Shown piece by piece: positions 1 to 9,787 of a DNA stretch of 32,000 nucleotides. This DNA comes from Candidatus Saccharimonadota bacterium (lineage in GTDB: Bacteria; Patescibacteriota; Gracilibacteria; BD1-5; UBA6164). A model generated the notes under the pieces. The model saw only the letters and a program-made list of their open reading frames with translations. It was not told the origin of the DNA and did not search any database. Each line of letters starts with the position of its first letter. The stretch's first letter is position 1. Made by a program: the position numbers and the translations under genes. The stretch lies in NCBI GenBank assembly GCA_965229705.1, contig OZ245922.1, forward strand, positions 720,001 to 752,000, written 5' to 3'.

Positions 1-1077
1 ATCAGCCGCAACAACAAGTATAGCAATGTCTGTAGATTTTGCTCAACGAGAACGCATGATAGTAAATGCTTCATGACCTGGAGTATCAAGAAAAGTAATT
101 TTTCTCCCTCCTGACTCTACCTGATAAGCCCCAATACTTTGTGTGATTCATCCAGCTTCCCCATCTGCTACCTTTGCCTGGCGGATATAGTCTAAGAGAG
201 AGGTTTTCCCATGATCTACATGACCCATGATAGAGATAACTGGTGGGCGAGACTGGAGCTTGGATGTATCTTCTTCTGCGAGAAGTTCTTTAATATTTCC
301 AGATACTATCTCAGAGGCTGAAATACCTGCAGAAGTGTCTTTTTCAAGTTTTACTTCAAAAGCTTCTGCAATAAGAGAAGCTGTATCAAAATCGATTTTC
401 GAATTGATTGTCATCATCATCCCATTCTTCATAAACTCCGCAATAAGTTTTGGAAGAGTAACTCAAATCTTTTCAGAAAATTCTTTCAGAGAAAGTACCT
501 CATGCACTACCACGGTCTCTCACGTACGAGTCGTAAGATTTTGTTCAATATCATTGATGTTTTTTTCTATCTTTTTTTTGTTCTTTATTTTATTTGACCG
601 AACAAATCACGCGTCTTCATCAATACTATTTTTATGCTTTTGACTCTTTTTTACTGGACTGAGTCGAGATTTTTTTTGCGCCTTTCTTTCATCTTGCCCG
701 GTAGGAGACTTGAGTGATCATTTCTGAGAAAATCAGGGCTTAAACTTTGGCGCTTTTTTTTCTTGAATTTCTTGTGGAGTATACTCAGGTTCTTTTTCTC
801 ATAAGACTTTATCTTCATGGTGTTCCTCCTGAGAATGAAGAACTACCTGAAAAGAAGACTTTTTTTCATTTTGTTCTAGTTGCTGATTGAGACTGATAGC
901 CTGACTATCTCATGATGGAGCTTGTTCTTGTAGAGGAGCTTGCTGAGAAGAGTCTTCTTTCGTAACTTCCACCTTTTTGACCTTCAATTTTTTGCGAATT
1001 TTCAGCTTTTTATCCTCCTTTGGAGCGTCATCATTCGCTGAAGATATACTGCTATAATAATCATCTTTTTGTACCAT
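1..1077 (-). CDS. infB: Translation initiation factor IF-2, N-terminal region through the G domain (5' end complete, 3' end outside the window)
   Basis: ATG at 1075-1077. The N-terminus is K/E/S-rich, followed by GTPase motifs [12 protein letters not shown] and DTPGHEAF. In-frame TGAs at 145-147 and 43-45 fall on the conserved Gly of GEAG-G-ITQ and SR-G-AK. The frame stays open to position 1. Track ORF 148..432 is an internal fragment. Confidence 0.9.
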
Positions 1078-1290
1078 ATATGCTTGTTTTTGAATTTTTT
1101 GAGTGAAATAAAAACATAGATAAAATATCTCTATAGAGCGAATAGTATGGCTTTTTTATATGAAGTCAAAATTTAGTTTCTCTCGAGAGGTTTTGGAGGT
1201 TTTCTTCGTATTTCTCAAAGTATAAAAAACTTGTAAATACCGCTTTTTTTATTAGTCTTCTTATACTAAAATATTTCCTAGAAAAACTGT

Positions 1291-1782
1291 ATGAATCCTG
1301 AAAGAATAACTGAAATATCTCAAGAGTTTTTTACAAAGCTTGGCGCAGATTTCTCAGAGTTGAGTGTTGCACTTGAAGCTGAAAATATATTTCGGATATC
1401 TCTTAAAAGTGAAGACTCTCATATACTGATTGGTCCTCATGGGAAAAATCTTGATGGCATTACACATATACTCAAAATCTTAGTTCAATGAGAATATGAA
1501 GAGTATATTACCATTCATCTTGAGATAAATGACTACCTCGAAAAAAAAGAGGAAAAACTCCTAAGATATATTCAAGGAAAAATAGATTATGTACAATCAA
1601 GTGGAAAAGAAATCACTCTCCCGTTTTTGAGTGCCTACGAGAGAAAAAAAGTACATTCCTATGTTTCTGAAAAGTGATGAAATGTTTTTACGCAAAGTAT
1701 ATGAGAATGAAAAGAGAGAAGAATACATTTGTGCAAAAAAGATGCAAAAATAACTATAGATATAGACGGAGACGATATTTAG
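1291..1782 (+). CDS. jag: Jag/KhpB-like RNA-binding protein (KH + R3H domains)
   Basis: KH-like GxxG segment (ILIGPHGKNLDGITHILK) and R3H-like segment (LPFLSAYERKKVHSYVSE). Track ORF 1291..1491 continues through TGA codons to TAG at 1780-1782, giving 163 aa. Confidence 0.7.
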
Positions 1783-1797
1783 AAAGTAGAGAGACAT

Positions 1798-2928
1798 ATG
1801 AAAAAATATATTTCTGCTTGCCTATTTTTTGTACTGATAAGTTCCACCTTGGTCTTCTTTTATATCAGTCATGGTTTTGGGTATAAAAAGCACAATGAAT
1901 ACGACGCTGTATATATAGAACATCCAGAGTTTCTTCCCCAGTCAGAACAGGCAAATATTGTCAGTTTTGGTTTTCAGAAACTGAGCGCAGATATGTACTG
2001 GATCAAAGCTATACAGTATATTGGCGCGAATGTTATATCAGAAGAGTATAAAAAATATCTTTTTGTGATGATGAATCTGATCACTGATCTTGACCCCTAT
2101 TTTTCGCAGGTATATGCTATAGGTCAGCTCCTACTACCAGATGATCATCACTCAACATGAGAGAGTACATATAATCTCCAGGCGAAAACTCTGGGGAAAA
2201 AATGAATAGAACACAATTGTGACGGAGATGCTGTAGATCGTATTTTTGAGCAAAATGATTTGTATACAATCCTCCATGATCCTCTCTATGCAAACCCATG
2301 CCAAGATTACAGGATCCCCTATTATCAATGATTTATAGAATACTTTTATTTTGATAACTACTCTCAAGCAGCCCAATACTACAAGCTGGTAAGCGCTCAG
2401 AAAGACGCTCCCGATTGAGCGAAAAACCTTGTTGCTATCATGACGGGAAAGTGAGCCGAAAGAGATATTGCTGTACGAATGTTTCTCTCTCTTGCTCAAG
2501 ATCTCACTTCTCAGGACGATGCCTGCTCTGACTTAAGCATGAGACTAGAAAATGCTTATGAGTTTCTACAGTCGCGAAGTACTCCTATTCCTTCAAGTCT
2601 CATCGAAGAGCTTTGAGTAATTTCAAAAGCATTTATGCCAGTATTCTCTGAAAAAATAGAGGCAGAACTCATGCAAAAAACACAGTGTACCAACTACCTC
2701 CTCAGATCTATTCGTGAAATCAATCTCTTATACCTCGAACAGGCATGAGAACGATATCTCTGAGACGCTCCAACAGCAGAAGACATCAGTCCTGATATCC
2801 TCCTGAAAAAAGGATATATCGATATCATTCCTCAAGATTTCCAAAAATATACTGACTCTGATAGAGGCATCATATATTTTTATGATCCAAACATCCAGGG
2901 ATTTGACTATAAGATGTGAAGACCCTAG
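1798..2928 (+). CDS. Membrane-anchored hypothetical protein (376 aa)
   Basis: N-terminal TM/signal segment (MKKYISACLFFVLISSTLVFFYI). Track ORF 1798..2160 extends through multiple in-frame TGAs with no TAA/TAG until 2926-2928. The start is 15 nt after the jag stop, so it is probably co-transcribed. Confidence 0.6.
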
Positions 2929-2947
2929 GGAGGCTCTCAGAAACAAG

Positions 2948-3919
2948 CTATAAGCCAACAACTCTTTTCAATTCCTCATATTTTTTATCAACGATGTCAT
3001 TTGCTCTTGCGTTTCCTCTCTCAAGACGAGTCTCTATCTCGTCGAAATGTTCTTCGTAGTACTTTCGTCGTTCTTGAAATGGTTGCAGGTATGTACTCAA
3101 GATTTCTAAAAGCTCCTGTTTTGCATGACCATAACCATATCCTCATGCAAGGTATTTTTCTCGAATAGCATTTGCATGCTTAGTGTCAGCAAAAAACTGT
3201 ATGAGTCGAAACACATGACAGTTATCTGGATTTTTCGTTGATTCAAGGGGAGTATCATCTGTGGGGATAGACATAATCTTTTTTTTCAGGACCTGAGAAG
3301 ACTCAAAAAGTCCTATAAAGTTATTATAGCTCTTACTCATCTTTCTCCCATCAAGACCAGGAATCAACCCCACCTCTTCGCTAATCTGCGCTTCCGGAAG
3401 AGTAAATATATTTGTTTGGTACCTGGTATTGAAAAATCCCGCAATATCACGAGCAAACTCTATATGTTGCTTTTGATCTTTTCCCACAGGGATTTTCAGT
3501 GCATCATAAGAAATAATATCTGCCGCCATTAAGAGAGAATAGTTGAAAAGTGCCATATTAATATCTGCATTTTTCTGCTGGGCATCTTTAAACGCGTGAG
3601 AACGAAGAATCAGACTATAGGGCGTCACCGAGGACAGGAGCCAAACAATATTCATCAAGTTCTTCACTTTTGACTGCTCAAAAATAATGATACTGTCTCT
3701 CTGTTCTTGTGGAATAAGTGAAAAATAATTTAGTAGTACCGATTTTCTATTGTGACGCATCTCATCAGCATTGTGCACAGTTGTCAGAGAGTGCATATCT
3801 ACTAAGGTAAGAAATGTCTCATGATCTTTTGCGAGCTCAAGCAGAGGCTGAAAAGCTCAAAGATAATTTCCCAAGTGTAGTTGCTCCGCACTACAACGAA
3901 GTCATGTTAAAACTCTCAT
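2948..3919 (-). CDS. trpS: Tryptophanyl-tRNA synthetase
   Basis: HIGH-type motif (QLHLGNYLGA), KMSKS motif, and GKDQKQHIEFARDIA. In-frame TGAs at 3902-3904 and 3140-3142 read as Gly (the latter in GGYGYGHAK). 323 aa, stop TAG at 2948-2950. Track ORF 3143..3796 is an internal fragment. Confidence 0.9.
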
Positions 3920-3949
3920 AATATATACATCAAAAATAATATTACTCAA

Positions 3950-4022
3950 GAGACCGGTCTCAAGTTACTTATTTCAAGGACTTGAGACCGGTCTCGAGAA
4001 AACGAAAATGCCTTTCTCAGAG
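3950..4022. repeat. Intergenic palindrome-pair repeat, copy A
   Basis: GAGACCGGTCTC at 3950-3961 and 3984-3995 flank a 22-bp core (3962-3983). They are followed by GAGAAAACGAAAATGCCTTTCTCAGAG. Related copies lie at 9612-9712 and 17014-17080. Confidence 0.85.
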
Positions 4023-4043
4023 TCTCCTTAAATAATTATAGTG

Positions 4044-4080
4044 AAAAAAAGAAGAAGCAAAGTTTTTGCTTCTTCTTTTT
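4044..4080 (-). terminator. Rho-independent terminator downstream of the Cys-rich protein gene
   Basis: Perfect 10-bp stem GAAGAAGCAA/TTGCTTCTTC (4051-4060 / 4066-4075) with a 5-nt loop. In the minus sense it is followed by a run of 7 U. It starts about 10 nt after the stop at 4090-4092. Confidence 0.8.
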
Positions 4081-4089
4081 AAGATTTTT

Positions 4090-6429
4090 TTATCTTGCAA
4101 CTCTCTCAACAGAAAGGTATTCTCAAATAAACTCAGAGATGAGTGGTGCTGGTTTTTGGAGCATGCGAGAACCAAAACTGACTATCGTTCCTACTCATAG
4201 ATTTCATGAAGTTTCTTCTACCTTATATCTATTATCAACGAGCTGATCAATATTTCCATAGAGTGATCACTGTATCGTGAGCTGCGCGTCTGTAAGCTCT
4301 GATATGATATTTCATCCTCATGTTTCTCAAGGTATGGTAATATAAGTTCCGGTAATATTTTCTACATTTTCTTGTATATAAATATCTCCTCCTCTCACAA
4401 CATAGGCAATATTTTCATCTGTCACAATATCATCTCGAATAATCAAATCCGCGTCTTCAATAATATACGTTGTAGCATAAAAGAGATCTGGATCAGCTCT
4501 ATCAATCTCCAACTGTCTTCACTGTATATAGTATACCGAGCTCAGTCCATTGTAGTTTTCAAACTCACTATAACCTGTTACTGGAAGAGTACTGGTAAAG
4601 GTATTTGTCACAACAGCGTTTTGAAGTGCTGCCTCATGAGCGTCAGCTCGAGCTTGTTCTGAGTCAATCGCATCTGTGCTTGTTACTGATGCTGCCTGAC
4701 TTGAGATACCAGCGCTTCCTACCGATGTTCCTGTAAAGTTAATATCTGTTCCACTTGTAATAGCTCCAGCATCTGCTGTTGTTTGAATACTATTCACAAA
4801 CGATGTTCCTCCTCATACTGTTTTGACAACTGGTCTTGCAACTCGCACATTAAAATCTGCTGCAAAGTAGGCATCATAATACTCATTTCCTGCATCCTTT
4901 AGTGAGGTAGTGAGGACAATGTCTGAGTAACTTTTATTGTCTGGTACTCCATCTTTGTTTCCTTCATAAAAAGGGAAGAGCCCATAAGTATCTTTAAAAC
5001 TGATTCTCTCATAAGCATATATCATACTGTCTCCAACATCCACACAATACTCCCCCGCTATTCCTGTATTATTTCCCTGGATAAGAGCAAGTTCTCATCC
5101 AATAGTATCTGCAGAAGTGATCTTGATACACAGCTCATCAAACGAGAGATCATAATCTGAGTTATTGTAGATAAATGGGCTTTCTCCATCTTCGAGAGGA
5201 TTTCCTGTATGTCATACAACCTTTGATCCACTTGGTCCAAATATGATTTCTCCCTCATTTGGCCATGTAAGAATTTCAGCATCTTTTAGCTGACATGATG
5301 ATGAACAAGAAGCATCACTTGCTCCATTTGATGATCATGCATCACACTGCTCTCATGACTCTACTACTCCATTTCCACAGCTCGTAATAGTCGGAGTACA
5401 TGAGTCACTGGTTCTCCACGATTGCGTATCAAAATCTATTGTATCCACGCTACGATCATATACATAACATGTTGGCGTTGCTCCTGAACAGCTAAAACTC
5501 GCGTAGCGTCTTCCGTTGGTATCTTTTTGTTGATCCTCTGGACCGAGATATACGGTATTTCCTTGATCATCGTATCCACAAGTCATCATAAATGAATCTA
5601 CTTTTGAGTTTCCAATACATCGATACTCTGAAGATGAATCTTGAATAATATCATTACAAGCATAGCTAGATCATCCACTACTACCACTACTTGATACTGT
5701 GTTTATCGGTTGACAAGTGTTATCACATCAACCACTTCCCCAACCTTGATTTGTTGTATCATTTGGATCACATGTCTCTCCACCATTTACTTCTCCGTCT
5801 CAACAAAAGTTGACCATAACATCTGTACACTCATTGAGTTCTTTAAGATCGTTGAGATTGATATACTTAGTACTTGTTCCAAGGTCTACAACACTTGTTC
5901 TCAGACTCACACTTCCATCAGAGTTAAAGGTTTCAGTATAGTCGGTATAGTTCCAGTTTGCTGTTACCGGAGTATTACCACTTGAGCTCGAACGAGGCTT
6001 GAGATAATGAGTACTATGCAATATCTGTCCTGCAACTGTGGTATTGTCTTCTGGATGTCATACGACCTCAAATCCTTTATTAACAAATATAATCCCACTC
6101 TCAAGTGACGCAGGCATAAATGTCGACGTCATGCTCGTATCATTTGTCCCTGAGTGCGTAATATAGTTTGAGTTGAGGTTGTATACTGTTTGTGACCTCG
6201 AAGAACTAAACATAGCATCCGTCTCATTTGGGTAAAACTTTGCCCAATAGTCAAAGCTGTCTCCAGTATATGTGGTATAGGTATAACAGGTGTCACACGT
6301 TACTCCCTGAATGCTTTGTCATGGGTCACATGCGACCTCTTGCTGAGAGGCATAACTTCCTGCATATACGAGGCTCATAGCGAGCCCTACAAAGAGAACT
6401 AAAATGTCTCTCATCATCCTACGTTTCAT
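4090..6429 (-). CDS. Large secreted Cys-rich-repeat protein (779 aa)
   Basis: Signal peptide MKRRMMRDILVLFVGLAMSLVYA. There are two CGxGxxxxGExCD modules: CGDGEVNGGETCDPND..C..TC and CGNGVVESGEQCDAGSSNG..CSSSC. These resemble the Myxococcus-type cysteine-rich repeat. Track ORFs 4327..4512, 4519..4797, 4813..5043, 5353..5589 and 5800..6021 are all in one frame and separated only by TGA. Stop TAA at 4090-4092. Confidence 0.75.
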
Positions 6430-6557
6430 ATGTTAGACTTAGAAATATAATCTTCACTTGATGGTGATGTTAGTTTTGGTGTTGGTCATGTTTCTTTCGT
6501 ATAACAAGATGTGAGAAAAAACATAATCAGACACAAAAAGACAATCACTTTTTTCAT
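6399..6557 (-). CDS. Small putative lipoprotein (52 aa)
   Basis: Signal peptide with lipobox (MKKVIVFLCLIMFFLTSC). The frame is open through TGAs to TAG at 6399-6401. It overlaps the start of the downstream gene by 31 nt. Confidence 0.4.
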
Positions 6558-6644
6558 AATATACTATTAAATATTAAAGTCAATAAAAAAATACTTTTTT
6601 CATCTTTGATAAATTCTATACGTATCTTTCAGAAATACAAGAGT

Positions 6645-6676
6645 GAAAAGAGAGAGGAATCATCCTCTCTTTTTCT
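6645..6676 (-). terminator. Hairpin terminator after CDS 6692..9451
   Basis: Stem AGAGAGG/CCTCTCT (6651-6657 / 6664-6670) with a 6-nt loop, flanked by A- and T-rich runs. It lies directly downstream of the stop at 6692-6694. Confidence 0.6.
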
Positions 6677-6691
6677 ATTATCCCTCTTCAC

Positions 6692-9451
6692 CTAGAAAGT
6701 ATCTCATCCTCCTGTATCTCCATCTTGATCTCATCCATCTCCTCCACCAGATCCATCATCACCTGGTGTTTCTTCTTCTGGTGTTTCTTCTTCTGGTGTT
6801 TCTACTTCTGGTGTTTCTTCTTCTGGTGTTTCTACTTCTGGTGTTTCTTCTTCTGGTGTTTCTACTATAGGTTGTCTTCGACTAGAGATTTGTTCAAAAT
6901 TCATTTTATAGATATCTCTTTGTGTGTCGTCTTCGAGAAGGTCTCTGACATTATGAGAATCTATTCTATTATTTGCTCGAAATCACCATCCAAAGAAGGC
7001 TTCAATAATATTTAGTTGTTCTCCATCTGATCACCTTTCTACAGTAAGATCAATTTGCTGATTTTTACCTTGCTTCAACAGTGGAAGATCCTCTTCGTGT
7101 ATGTAGTAATAATCACTATTAACTTTTACCGCAACATATCATGGATACTCTGAGACTCATCTTAATGCTGCCCTATCTTTATCTCATAAATGCTCTACTG
7201 TTATCGAAGGAAGTTCTACCAACTTATCATCTGCTGACATTCCTTCAATACCTTCACTTCATTGTCCATCTCCACGAGCACCTGTATCACTATTGTTATC
7301 ACGAGTATCTGCTACTGATCCTGTTGCTACTGGATGATCAAATGTCTCTACTGGTATCACTACGAGATTTCCTTCACAACCATTTTGCATCGTTGCATAG
7401 ATAGCTCCTGAATCTGCATCGTAGTAAGCATTTTCGAGCTGCATTGCTCCTGCAAGCTTCACTGACATATCAACAGAACCATCTGCTCATCGTCCTGTGA
7501 GGATATGTACTCTTGTAGTGAGAAGCTCAGCATTGATTCCAAGAAGTTCTTTGATTACTTCTGCTACTCATCCTTCTATTCCACTCTTAGACATCTTCTC
7601 ATGAAGCGCGTCTCGTTTTGCTGGCTGTTCGACTGTTTGAGCAATCCTATAATACGACCCTTCAAAGTCTTCTCCCAGTGTCCTCATATAATCTGCAAAT
7701 ATTCCTGATCCATGAAACAGAGCATCTGCGAGAGCTGTTTCCTTGTTTTCATAGTGTCCTTTTCCTTCTGCCATAATTGCTTCAAGAAGATCTTGCGCAA
7801 ATTCATCATTTTCAAACTTCATACCTCTTTGGAGTTTGAGTGCAATATATTGCGCATTTATATTTCTCTCATCGGCGCTCACTCCCTCTCCAGTATATCT
7901 TTCGGCTATTGCTTTATAGAGTAATTCTGCAGCCCTTTCGCTTGTAAGAGTTGCAAGAACCGCAAGCTCTTCATCTATTGCTTCTGCATTTTTTGGTGTT
8001 TCACTCTCAAGTCTTGCAGTTACGCTTTGATTATCTTGTATTTTTATGTATTTTGCAAGGACTTCCATCGCTTCTTCAGGATTTTCTCTTACTGCGCCCT
8101 CTGTTTGTGGTCATACATCCCCATCTACACTGATCTCAAACTCTTCTTGAAGTGCTTTAATAGCTCCTTTGTTCTTTTCTCTTTTCATAAGTTCCAATGC
8201 TGCGAGAGCCATCTGGACTTCTGGACTTTCAGATATGTTTTCTATATTATCAGGTCTTGGAAGAGGAAGAGGTACTTCATCTCAAGCATGTTCTCCCATT
8301 GCTGCAACCTTTGCTGTAGGATCAACCTGTGGTGTTTGAGTGTTATCTACTGGTGTAGCATCTTCTTCTGATGTATCATCAGTTCATCATCAGAGACCTG
8401 CTTGCAAAAATTGTGCTGCTGATGCAATATCAAGGCTTTCACTTCCTTCTGTTCCTCCTGCTATCTCTTCTTCATCTCCTTCTTGAGGAACTTGAGAGTC
8501 TCATCATTGATCTGCAGGCAAAGCTGCAGTCAAAGCTGCAATTCAATCTCGTACAAGTCATGAATAAGTTACTGATTGTGCAAGATCATTGTCCAGACTA
8601 TCTGGTCATTCATTCAAAGGTTTTGCCGATGCAGTGACTGCTGTTGTATCAACTGCTGCACCTGCCGCTGCAGCTGCCTCTGCCGCTGCGTCTGCAAGAT
8701 TTGCTGCATCTGCCTCTGCTATTGCGCTACCTGCAAGAACTACTGCTTGAGCGTACGCTCAAGCTGTTGTTCCATTTGTAGTCCATATTCCATCGACTCC
8801 TCCATTTTTTCCTCTGAGTGTGTATCCAAGTGCCTTGAGCTCTGTTTGAAGTGCTTTTACTTTTTCAGCATCACTTATATCTGCCTCTGCATCAAACGCA
8901 GCTACAACTCTATACGCTTCAAGTTTTCGGGCTGCTTCTGCTGCTGCTTCAGCTTCGGCTGCTAATCGCGCTGCTTCAGCTGCTCGGTGAAACTCTTCTG
9001 CTTTTTCTATAGAAATTTCTTGCGCTTTATTATTTATAGTATTAAGAATCTCTTGGTCTATCTCATCTCTACTACCAAGATTTAGTCCCGTAAGGTTATT
9101 GATATCTGCAAGGGAATTTGTCCCTATGATACCATCAATAGAACCATCTTTCACTCCTTGTCCATTCAGTCTTAGACCCTTAGTAATCACGTACTGAATT
9201 GTTTTTTGCTCCATTGGGTTCAAACCATCTGAGAGGTCTATAGTATCCATAAGATCTAGAGCCCCATCAAGAGTCTCTACCTCTGCAAGCTTTGTTGCTT
9301 CTTGCGCCTTTGGTTTTTCACTGAGAAGTTTTTCTGCTTCTTGCGCAGAGATATCACCATCACTGTCAGTATCATACCTTGAAGCTCCCTCAAATGAATT
9401 GTAAAGAGTAGCAAGGAATACTGTTTTTATAATCTTTATACCAGTAAACAT
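6692..9451 (-). CDS. Secreted coiled-coil surface protein with peptidoglycan-binding-like motifs, paralog 1 (919 aa)
   Basis: ATG at 9449-9451 and a hydrophobic N-terminus (MFTGIKIIKTVFLATL). Canonical EF-hand loop DTDSDGDISAQE at 9338-9373. PG_binding_1-like motifs (VKALQTELKALGY...VDGIW; AIKALQEEFEISVDGDVGPQT). Ala/Glu-rich stretches. A C-terminal block (HILTGRGADGSVDMS..LAGAMQLENAYYD..SGAIYATMQNGCEGNLVVIP) is shared with CDS 9788..12004. The tail is (ETPEE/ETPEV)n. Track ORFs 7259..7468, 7568..8068 and 8759..9529 are in one frame and joined by TGA. Confidence 0.75.
6764..6866. repeat. 15-bp tandem repeat, about 6.9 units, coding
   Basis: TGGTGTTTCTTCTTC alternates with TGGTGTTTCTACTTC. 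On the minus strand this encodes ETPEE/ETPEV repeats near the C-terminus of CDS 6692..9451. Confidence 0.9.
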
Positions 9452-9571
9452 AATATATATGTTAAAAAAATAAGTGTGTTTTTGTCCTTGAACAAAATAA
9501 CACATATATCGTACCATATATGAAAACAAAAATGCAAAAATAATACATTGACAAATGTATAAAATATTTTT
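9452..9571 (-). promoter_or_regulatory. Conserved upstream region/leader of paralog 1 (duplicate of 12005-12127)
   Basis: A 49-bp block at 9471-9519 is identical to 12025-12073. Candidate promoter in the minus sense: TTGCAT (9532-9537), 18-nt spacer, TGgTACGAT (-10 at 9508-9513). Imperfect leader hairpin TGTGTTTTTGT / ACAAAATAACACA at 9475-9504. Confidence 0.5.
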
Positions 9572-9611
9572 CTTACATAAACTTGTATTTCATTTTTTTA
9601 TCTTCAGAAAG

Positions 9612-9712
9612 CTCTGAGAAAGTCCTTTTTGTTTTCTCGAGACCGGTCTCGAGTTACTTATTTCAAAGGATTGAGACCAGTCTCTTACACAAGACTTTTC
9701 TATTTTTTAGAG
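9612..9712. repeat. Intergenic palindrome-pair repeat, copy B
   Basis: CTCTGAGAAAGTCCTTTTTGTTTTCTC flank. GAGACCGGTCTC at 9639-9650, a 22-bp core at 9651-9672, and the degenerate palindrome GAGACCAGTCTC at 9673-9684. It ends with TTTTTTAGAG. Confidence 0.85.
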
Positions 9713-9730
9713 CAGACTGAAGCAAGTTGA

Positions 9731-9762
9731 AAAATCCCTCTCCCGAATGGGAGAGGGATTTT
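9731..9762 (-). terminator. Rho-independent terminator after CDS 9788..12004
   Basis: Stem CCCTCTCCC/GGGAGAGGG (9736-9744 / 9749-9757) with loop GAAT, extended by AAAAT/ATTTT. In the minus sense it is followed by a U run. Confidence 0.8.
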
Positions 9763-9787
9763 GTGAGGGCTTTTAAAACGCCTGAAA

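Noticed and set aside
3950-3995. Back-to-back BsaI sites (GAGACC/GGTCTC around an AgeI site) as a sign of an engineered or Golden Gate construct.
   Set aside because: The motif occurs in three natural intergenic contexts with diverged flanks. One copy is mutated (GAGACCAGTCTC), which is consistent with a native repeat.
6764-6866. The tandem repeat as a possible CRISPR array.
   Set aside because: The units are 15 bp, directly abutting with no spacers, and they lie inside a coding frame.
6643-7015. Plus-strand ORFs with VFLLL / WCFFF repeats (6643..6870 and 6725..7015).
   Set aside because: They are the antisense of the ETPEE/ETPEV tandem repeat inside CDS 6692..9451.
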